Source: Ophelia neglecta (lineage: Eukaryota). Taken from it: a DNA stretch of 64,000 nt. Of this stretch, positions 1-10,300 are shown in pieces (the first letter of the stretch is position 1; every line of letters begins with the position of its first letter). A program made the translations under genes and the position numbers. The stretch is from the NCBI GenBank assembly GCA_965285935.1, contig OZ260666.1, positions 48,670,001-48,734,000 on the forward strand. Direction: 5' to 3'. Under the pieces are notes generated by a model, which made no database searches, was not told the DNA's origin, and saw nothing but the letters and a program-made list of their open reading frames with translations.

Positions 1-383
1 TTGAATAAATCGTGTACATTTTAATGTAATGTTTTCAATTAGTGTTTGTTTTATTACACAACTTGCCGACTTGCAAACAACATGCCACTCATGTTAGATG
101 CTGCGTACATGCTTCTTAAATAACCTTAACTCTACACGGGTCCAGCTGATTATAATTTAGTAGTAAACCGACCCCCCCCCCTCCTTTAGTAATGACCAAA
201 AACTTCTTTCACTTTATTGATTGTGATATGGACTTTCCGTTTAACTATAGTTGTCTACTGACATTGGCCAATATTTGTAGGCTCTGAAATAACACACTTT
301 GAACGGAAAATTTGGATTCTTGTTTGCCTATAGGTCTAGGAAACCAATAGGTTTAACACCCAAAAATATATTTATATTATTGG

Positions 384-527
384 TTTAATTTCAACCACAA
401 GGGAGACTATCTCAGATATCTATACATAAAAAGTAGTCGACCATTAGATACACTTAGTTTTTAATTCCAACCGCCAGGCAGATATTAATACATAAAATTA
501 ATGGACCATAAGATAAACTTAGCTTTT
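384..527. repeat. Diverged two-copy tandem repeat (unit about 70-76 bp)
   Basis: TTTAATT.CAACC...CAGATAT..ATACATAAAA...GACCAT.AGATA.ACTTAG occurs at about 384 and 460. Confidence 0.7.
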
Positions 528-1087
528 ATTGGCTTTTGCTATAGACCTATATGTAAATTAGAAGAGAGTAAACTTTATCTTATTTAAGTACTGTTGAAAA
601 GCCACGAGTGTTTCTTGTATACGACACATTCGGCCAGTATTTAGATTCACCCGCAGTCCGAGACTTCGTCTACCAAAGATAGACCAATTAGTGGCAAGTT
701 GGATTATGAACCTATCTGTGCCAATCTAGCTATTACGCATCTTGTGAATATTAATATCGCTGATTACAACGCATAGTGACTCTTTTGTGACATATTATTT
801 TGTAATATATAAATCAAAGTGTTAAAGGCTAGGGTGCCTTCTTACAATCAAACAATCGGCCAAGGAAAAGGAGTTTGTCCTTTCTAGATATCACTTACTT
901 CTATTGTGACATCTTTTTTTTTCATCTGTAGAATAATATGACAGCTCGTGTATTAATGTTAATAGTAATCATTTTGCACAAAGAAATCCGTATTGATTTT
1001 CGGCTGATGTACTCATCCTCGTCCTGACATGATCGAGATTCTTAGTTATTTGAACTCATATATGTATAATTCATGTTTGTTTCAGAT

Positions 1088-3890
1088 ATGACGGAGGAGG
1101 AAGTTCTCGAACTCTGCTGTACAGCAACTTATGAACAAAATGGATTTGCTGTTGATATAGGCAAGTACAAGGTTACTGGTTGTGTGTACGTTTATGTGTC
1201 TTCTTCGCGTCTATTAAATTTAATTTTTTTTATCAAATAAAATGAACAATCTATTTAACAATATTAGAAATAAGAAATTAAAAAATAGCCTTGGAAAGAA
1301 AATCGCATCAAAATAAAACAATCCACTATCAATATTTGCTATGTAGGCGGTACGTTGATCAAGTTGGCTTTGTGTCGGAGTGACTCGGAGACTGGCGTCG
1401 CCACCGTAGCCTTCCGATCTTTCCCGCTGTCCCAGCTTGAAGAAGCTATGGCATGTATTGAGGAAAAATATAGCGATCTATTGGAGACAGACGCAAACAT
1501 AATTTGCTGTGGTGTAGGTATTGGAGATCGTAAACAGAAGCTTTATGACACGCTGAAAATGCGGTAAGCAGCGACTGATTCTATTTTTGTCCATTCGGCT
1601 TATTTGGTTGACAGTGAATTTGTTTTAAAAGCAGCCAACGTCACACCAAAACGAAGCGGAAATTGCATAAAACTCAAACATAAAACATATTGGCTACCCC
1701 CCCCCCCTCCCCCACCACCACCACCACCACCCACCCACACACGCAAGAAATCAAAATATTCTTTTATAATTAATCTGTAATCGGAGATCCAGAGATCATA
1801 TAAGTATAGCCTATAAATACCTACACACGCCCTTTATCAATGGGACAGTACGTTTGTACTAACTTGACATGAATCTTGATTTACTTATTCCAATACAGTG
1901 TGCAGACAGCCTCGGAGATGGACTGTTTCGTGGAGGCATTTACCTGTCTGTACGAGAACCTGCCACGGGAGAAGATGCTGCACGCTAAATCAAAAAAGGG
2001 TCGAGCATACGTTGAGCGACAAAGTGCAGAGTGGAGAGAGATGATCACTAAAAGTCAGCGTTTTATTGAAAAGGAAGAGGATTCAAGCAAGTGGAAATCT
2101 AGCGACACGAAACTTTCCGAAGAAGTGCCTTCTCACGCCCAAGGAACATACCCCGTGTTGCTATCAATGATGGGATCTGGGATGGGCATCCTTCGGGTTT
2201 AATAATTATCTAACTTTTAACGAGAAATGGGTGTCTAAAAATTGAACTTTTGAACAACTGAAAATTGAACAATTATACCACGCGTATGTATATAAACCCA
2301 TGTGTTTTTAGCTTATAGGCCTTTTGAGTAATCATGAATTAATAATCGATTTTTAGATCGACAAAGGGAATAAGTATGAGTTATTAGATGCAGGGACGCG
2401 ATGTGGGAGATGTTTCTTAGGGCTCGCTGGTTTGCTTACTGGAGTGAAGGTACATGGTAAAGTTTTTTTTTCTTTAGAGAATGTTTAAATATTGCGTTTA
2501 TGTAATTATATAGATGGGCAAAATTGGGGTGTTGGCCTCCACAAAGAAGCATTGTTAAAGTGGAAAAGTGTTATTTTTAGCTAGAAGCCATTCATTGAGA
2601 TTATTACTTACATATATTTATTCATTGGGTAGAACAAATCGCACGTAAAAATGAAAGTTATTGTGCTACTATTGCTAATTGCGATGTGGTTTATAAACGG
2701 AGTTTCATGGAATATATTCTTCCGCGTCTACTGAAAGCATTCTTATAAATGGTAAACATGGGTTCAGGGGGTGGCGTTCGGATGTACCATATGTTTGGGG
2801 TGAAATTCGAAATCACTCGATAAATGTAATTTTGCTCTGACCCCAGAACTTTGACGATTTGATACTGTTAGCCGAGAACGGTGATTCAGATAATATCCAC
2901 TCTTTGGGAAAGCATGTCAAACCTGAAAACAACGATGATGCCTATTCTGTTATACCTGACCACATGCCTCTATACTGTTATGGACAAACAGTTGGAAAAA
3001 ATTTGGGTTAGTCTCCGTTTTATTCGGCCTTGAGAGTAAATCTTCATGTCACGTCCACACTTATCTTCTTGCAAAGTATTAAGTATGATAAAAAAAAGTT
3101 TTCATAATTTGGCGCTATTTCTTCTCTAATGTACAGGAATGCTTATATGCTTCGAGTTTACCTCTGTGGTTTAATTTTATTTTCAATCCTAACACGTTCC
3201 AGGTGACTTTTCAAAAGAAGACCTGGCCGCTGCGGTTTTGAGTACAATATCACAGGTGACTTTATGCGAACAGCTCATGCATTCAACATTTAGTATCGGC
3301 CCCTATATAAAATATCATACGAATGTCACGTGACACAAGTGTCTCTTACAATCAAATGATTAAATACATATTATGCTTCTTTGATACTTTGGACAAGAAT
3401 CAAGCTAATGTTGACCATTCTTAAAAACCTACAGGATATTGCGCAAGCCGTATTATTGAGAACGCTGCTCCATAAAATAGAATCTGTCTTTTTCTGTGGC
3501 TCTTTTTGTGGACTCTGTCATGTTGTACTCGATGAGGTATCGAAGTATTTTATGGAGAAAGCCGCTCTTCACCCCCAGGTAAGATAATGCATGATCTACT
3601 CACTCTTGTATTTCCTTCCCTGTTAGTAATCTCCTATTTTTACCTGTTTTAAGACAAAACCTAAGTGTAACCCCATAAAAAAGTCAATTTCTAACTATTA
3701 TTGCGAGCTGCCATCTTTTCACCATTGTTGTTAATTCTTAAGCATGCCTCTTATCGTATAAATACAAAGTTTTCTCTCTTCTACATTTAAACAGATAGAA
3801 TTTGGTTTCATGAAGTACGGGGGATATCTTGGTGCGCTCGGGGCACTTTTACGGACTCTCAAAATAAAGTATGACAATTCCAACCTATGA
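1088..3890 (+). CDS. Divergent type II pantothenate kinase-fold protein (PANK4 N-terminal-domain-like, kinase domain only), paralog 1; 8 coding exons, 377 aa
   Basis: Hand-spliced exons 1088-1160, 1347-1563, 1899-2196, 2357-2449, 2847-3006, 3203-3255, 3435-3578 and 3795-3890 give an open 1134-nt frame. All acceptors are AG. Donors are GT except intron 1 (AG|GCAAGT). Fumble/PanK-II motifs occur in order: FAVDIGGTLIKLA, SEMDCF, YPVLLSMMGSG, FLGLAGLLTG-K-NFDDL-LAENGD, DFSKEDLA, ISQDIAQ, VFFCGSF, GYLGALGA. Exon lengths match paralog 2 exactly. Confidence 0.92.
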
Positions 3891-6800
3891 ACAGATTACA
3901 TGATTATTGTCAGATCCCATAGACTATGGGGTCTGACCATCAATACACCATGTTAACCTATCTAGAAAATCATATTGCTGCTATATTGTCACTTTGTTGT
4001 GGTTTTTTACGTTATTTTAATTTGTAACTGATGAGTGAGTTACTGCAATGATTTAGATTTGGAATGATTATTGACTTTATTATCATGATATAGAATCATA
4101 GCTTGTATCATTACAAGACAGGAATTGACCCTGCCTTTGCGATCCTAAATTCCGACTTACAAAACAAAGTGTATTAAAATGTTTCATAAATTCATTATCT
4201 TTATGTTTTCTCTTATTTTATATATGCAAATGAACCAAAATAATCCAAAGAAATGGAGAAATGGGGGAACGGCTAGTAATTTGGTTAAAAACAATCTATC
4301 ATAGGGCATTAGGTTTACTCATCGCCTTTATACACATGTAGCCTATAATAGCCCATTTTTATCAAGGGTGGGAAATTTGTCTATGATAGACGACACATAT
4401 GGATTTCCCTCTCTTTGTTTACTATTGTACCGAATGAATGTTGAATAGCTGTGAAAGCAAAGCTGGCTGGCCTGGCACTAGCCAGGCCAACTGGGAGTGT
4501 ATGTTTAACTATCCTTGACCGGCCTATATAATAGGCGTGTATACCTATGTTCACTGAATTTGACCGAATCATAGACAAATCCCTGATAAAAATCACAATT
4601 TTAATATTAAAATTGTTCAATTATTTCATGGGCCAGATATTGAAATCCTCCCCCTCTCTTGGGATTCTGGAAGACAGTCGTTTTTGGAAAAGCAAGGACC
4701 TGACGGATCCGAATCTGGATGGTTACATTAAAATATCCGTGGGGTGTAGTTATCAGACTGTGGTAACCACTACAGTCTTCTTAAACATATGTATTAAACG
4801 CAAGAAAAAGTGCCTTATCCAAAAAATAAAATAATTTTTAATGACTATTAATATGCCTCAGGTGAGAGGAATTCAGTTAGACAGATGCAATCATCATTTA
4901 TATACCGGTTACCCTGCATGGTAACCTGCTATACAATGTGAAATATGGGGATGATTTCTTTATTTGCCTGGCACATACATGTAGTTAGCCATAGAGTCAA
5001 CCAGAATTCTTTTTTTATGTATATGGCCTATAGATTTCAACTATTTACCATGACACATAAGTTTGGCCACCGGGACAAAAGTTACCATGTCAACCAGGTT
5101 AAACATATGAAAAATTATAATAACCTGTTTACTAATAGGACAATTATCCAAAATGAATTTCACAAGTAAAATAATACAAATATATCAGGAAGTGTGGTGC
5201 TTTGTAGGTTTCTAAAGTATTCTCGCATATGCTTTTAAATGTAATGTCTTAAATGAATCAATCGCTTGAACATTCCATAGTAACCAACACTTATATATTA
5301 AAAAAAATAGGGAAATCGGGATATATCCATAACAAACCTAAAATAATAAAATGATATTGTTACTTAAGGATAAGGATGGAAAATCTGAAAAGAAGGAGTC
5401 TGCTATTGAACGTATCGTTCATCTCAAAGTTTTTCAAATAAACTATTCATAAATACTCCCCCCCCCCCCCCCCCCCCCCCCGACGCCAAATGTTGAGACA
5501 CCGGAGAGTTGATAAGCGTTGTCTTATCAGTCCGGTATAAAAAGTACAAGTTGTTTCACTGCTATAGGTCACAAGTCAACGCTTCTCGCTGGGGCGGGGT
5601 TTCGCCCCCCTCCCGCCTCCCTAGCCCCCCCCCCCCAATCGACTACACCACTAGTAGGCCTACTTCTGTAGCACAAAGTTTGATGTTGCAAGGGCCTCGC
5701 TACAATATTAATTATACAAATGGTAGCATTATAATATTGTATTGCATCACTATGTACATGAATGCTGAATGTTATAAATGATCTATTGGCAGACATTGTA
5801 GCCCATGTAATTATGTCGAAACTTACACTTTAATATAGGATGATTTTATACGTACTGGGTCACTGATCAGACAAGGTTTACTTAATAGTGAGCCGTGTAT
5901 GCATGGAGTAGATCCAACTTAATATCAGATTGTTAAACTCGCATGTCCCACTCATCTAGTAGTAAGCACAGGGACACGTCACGATTTCTTTCACCTTTGC
6001 ACATGGGCTTGTGTCAAAGCCTAAGTATGTATATATACTAACTACGTTATATAGTATAGGTATGTTGACACAAGCCCCTGTGCACCTTTGTGCTCTAGCT
6101 TGCTGCATTCCCTTTTCCCCTGACTGACTCGGAATGAGGGGGGGGGGGGCAATGTTAAGAAGGGGAGATGTATTTTAGTTTCTGAATACCCGAGACACCT
6201 AATATGCAAATAGTACCTAGCACATATTAAGCCATACATTAAAATACTGTAGCAGCGCCGTTATAAAGAAAGAAATTAAATTAAATATTCTCTAACCTCA
6301 CACCCTTCCTCGTATGTTTGCTGAAAGTGGCCCCAACGCATGTAAATCACGGCCAAAAAAACCATCCTAGTAGGCTATGAGAAGCACGTCCCTTATAGGC
6401 CCCACCAATGTAATGGAGCTTAACTGCCGAGATAACGAATACAAGCATTAATTTAGTCTGGTCGGATATTAGAGGTGAAGGGAGGAGAGTATAATCAGCA
6501 CATATACCGAAGTTTATGATACATTCCCCTGTGTGATTTAGCTAGAGATCATTTGAACAGCACCATATATGGTAAGTATGGTCGTACTGTTTAGTAGGCC
6601 TACACGATATAAGACCATTGGGGTGAGCAATGCACTTAACATACATTTGATGTCGGATCCACCGGGTATTGACCATTAAGGGAGTGTTTATTGTTAATAA
6701 CCAGTGTTGCGGTGCGGGGGGGGGGGGGGCGTGGCGGTAAATAATAGGCTTGATATCTTTGCGAAACTATATCGCCCGGTACCCCACTTTAGTATATACA

Positions 6801-7383
6801 GGATTACTATCCTCTATCTTTGGTAATAATAATTTATTACATTAATGAGTAGTACCCAGGAAGATGTGGTTAAAAGCACTGCTGTTTATATTTATCATGC
6901 TTTTAAAGAATTGAGGTCATATCTACAAATATAAACAATCTTTCGATATCTACTTTATGCAGCGGTAAAAAAGTTTCTTTTTTTTATTCATCGATGTCTT
7001 CGCTGTGTTCGGCTTGCGCATCAACATATATGTAAATAAATCTAGATTGTTTTGATTACATTGGGCCTACGGCCTTGTAGTACTATGTAAATAAACCAAC
7101 TTGTAATAAAAAAAATCCACCGTCGCCAAATGCTATAGTACACGGGGGAATTAGGAAATATTTCCTGACCATGTTTCTTATGTAAAGTCAAGTCGCAATA
7201 ATTTGGCAAAACTTAGTAGGCCCATAAGTAGATTAGCACAAAACGATAGTATATCAGGACAGAGGTAACATTCCCCTTTGCTTTGGACATGATGTACATT
7301 ATAGTATTTTTTTCTTGCTATTGCGCTTCAGTATCATATCTGCTTCACCTTCATCGTAAATAATCTTATTGCAGACTTCTACT

Positions 7384-10300
7384 ATGGCTGACGAAGAATT
7401 TATGGAGCTCCCTTGTTCAGTAACATGGGGGCAGAATGGAATGTCATTCGATATTGGTATCTACATCTGGAATATACAGTTATTTTATGTTACTTACATG
7501 TAATACGTTACAAGGTAGTTAAAACGTCAGATAATTTTAGTAAAGTTTAAAGGTCTTTGTAAAAAAAAAAAGATAAAAAAAAAGACCCTATTTACAAGTG
7601 TTCTGTAGGCGGTTCCTTGATCAAACTGGCCTTTTGTCGGAGTAACAAAGACACTGGTCTAGCCAGGATCAACTTCCGGTCTTATCCGCTGTCCCAGTTC
7701 GACGAAGCGATGGATTATGTACTAGAAAACCACAGCGACTTACTAGAGTTAGATGCGACTGTATGTTGCAGTGGTTTGGGTATCGGAGACAGATCACAGG
7801 CCATGTATGACAAACTGAAAATTAGGTAAGCCACTAGCGATTTCAGTTAAATGACAAATTAGGTCATTTTAGAAAAAAGCTATATAAATTGGAATCTACT
7901 AGCTATAATTATATGAACTCGGCTCTTTTGCTAACGCTAAACGACATGTTTGAAAAAAACAGAAAACGTGTCAAACACTTTGTTTGGGTAACTATACTTG
8001 CCCTATTTTGTGGCATTACGACGTCAAAGTTGTGGACAAACCTGGACAGGTGTAAAGGATATTTTCTTTATTATCATCTTAACCTAGCTATACATGATAT
8101 TTCGTATGATCAAGGAACCAGATAAGTCTAATCCCACAATGGCTATGTTTTATAAAAAAGTCATCTCCAATAAAATGACTGTTAGAGCTAAGCGTATAGA
8201 AAATAACGCTAAAAGCAATGCATGATAAATTAGTGAACTTAAAACAGGACGCGAAAGGAATCTTCATTAAAATTCAGGGCGAAAATTCCATAACGACACT
8301 GACGAGTAGTGTGATAGATAAAGAGGATGTGCGTGATCATTATCAAGAGTAAACTACTTGATTCTGCCCTAACAACACAGCTTATAGGGCCTTTTGAAAT
8401 ATTGTTGAGACGTCACACCATTATTCATGCAGTAGGTTCGGAAGCACGAATCTACTGCAGACAGTAGATTCGTACACTACCACCAGTAAATTCGTGTGTA
8501 TTGCAATGCACGAATCTACTGGATGATAATTTAAGTGTGCCGGCGACCCATTCCACCGTCTAGTTTGTGTTTTTTGAGAGACACCAAATCCCAGCCATTG
8601 AGAAAGCGCATTTCTCGATTGTTGATGAAAAAATTTGCTGACTAGACGAAATGATACCCCGTAGTGTATAAGCTGGAAAAGGTTCTCCGTTTTGCTATTT
8701 CACTTCAAAGATAAACGTCGTGAGGCGAAGCACAGTTTATCTATTCTTATCTAGTGGCTCCCATATTACTGGGCCCCTTTGTAGCTCGACATTATATCCA
8801 TCCGAGAGTTACGCCACTTTCTCAAATCAGTGAACAAATAGCCTTCCTAAAAGTGTGGCAGCACAAGCCCGACTTAACTTGTCCATCGTAGACTTGTCGA
8901 CAATGAAAAACGCAGGAAAATATAGGTCTGCTATAATACACCCGCTATACTTAATGTTTAAATTTCAGATATATGCCCATTTCAATATAGGTCAGTAGTT
9001 AAAAAGAAAAAAGAAATCAACGCGACTTACCCTTTTCCAGCTTTCTGCTCGTCCCTAAGTGTTGAACTGCCCAAACTCTTACACTAATAATTGACTGATT
9101 TGCTCTTTTTACATTTTTTTCTGTTCGTCCTCGGATATGTCAGAACAAATTGGATGATATCTGGCTTTGTTTGACGACATTATTTAGATATCCAATTGCA
9201 GATTGTGGGAAATATGTCTAACTCAGAACATGTCGTGTCTCCTCCTATCAAAAGATCATTCCCCCTATCATCGGTAACTTGAGTGAAATAGCTTTGCACT
9301 ATGAATAGATCATTCTAGAACCCATATTAGACAAAACGTTATCAACCTTCCTCGGCTACAACTCATGTTCCGAATGAAATGCTATGCCATGCACTTGGCC
9401 CGGCGTCGTTACGCAACAACCTCTTGTTTTGCTGCCTTCCGAATATACAGGTCACAATATGAATTCGCGGCCGTCACCCTGAAGATGTTATGCAATATAT
9501 TAAGTCAGGCAATTAACATGGAGCGATATATTTGTGTAGATCGAATCACCTCGGCGCTATCGCGCCTCGGTGTTTCGACTGCACAAATTTACCGCTCCTC
9601 GCCAATTCTCCTATTCTAATAATGCCAAGACAAGAGGGCGGCGGAAAGGAGAATTATTAGTGCAAAACTAATAATACATTCTTTCATTCCTGCTTAATGG
9701 CAGTTATAATTATAATTACTGTAGAGGGAAGACGGTTTCGGAACTGGATTGTTTCGTGGAAGCGTTTTCCTGTCTGTACGAGACTTTACCACGTGAGAAG
9801 ATGATCCATGCCGAGTCGGAGGTGGGCCGAGCTTACCTCCTTCGACAGCAGGCAGAATGGTCGCAAATGATACATGCCCAGCAGTCCTTTGTTGAAAAAG
9901 GAGAGCAGTCAACGAATTGGAGCCCGAAGGAGCACGAAACTCCAAAAACACAACATTCCCACCCACAAGGAACCTATCCGGTATTACTGGTCATTCTTGG
10001 CTCCGGGTTTGGCGCTTTTCGGGTAAGAGGCACTTCATAGCTTTTTGCTAACCATGAACATTTTATTGAAGTATTGAGTAACATGTAATTTTTTTTTATA
10101 TCCATAATATTATGAAAACACAAAACCACTAACCACTTAATCATCTTCCTTTAGATTGATGCAGCAAATAAATATCAGTTTGTAGATCCAGGCACCAGAT
10201 CTGGCAAGTTCTTTTTAGGACTGGGTAGCCTACTAACTGGAGCTCAGGTAAAGAATTTGTATATACCTGTTAATAGCATTATAATTAATTATTTTATGTT

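Noticed and set aside
3888-3960. TGA stop followed by ATGA and a hairpin, suggesting selenocysteine insertion (SECIS) or readthrough
   Set aside because: The hairpin has no apical AA motif or proper GA quartet spacing, and paralog 2 stops with TAA at the same codon.
5457-5481. Long poly-C/poly-G tracts here and at about 171, 1697, 6716, 16237, 20553, 46719 and 48007
   Set aside because: Common in such invertebrate genomes, often inside repeats, and length is unreliable in assemblies. No specific function can be supported.
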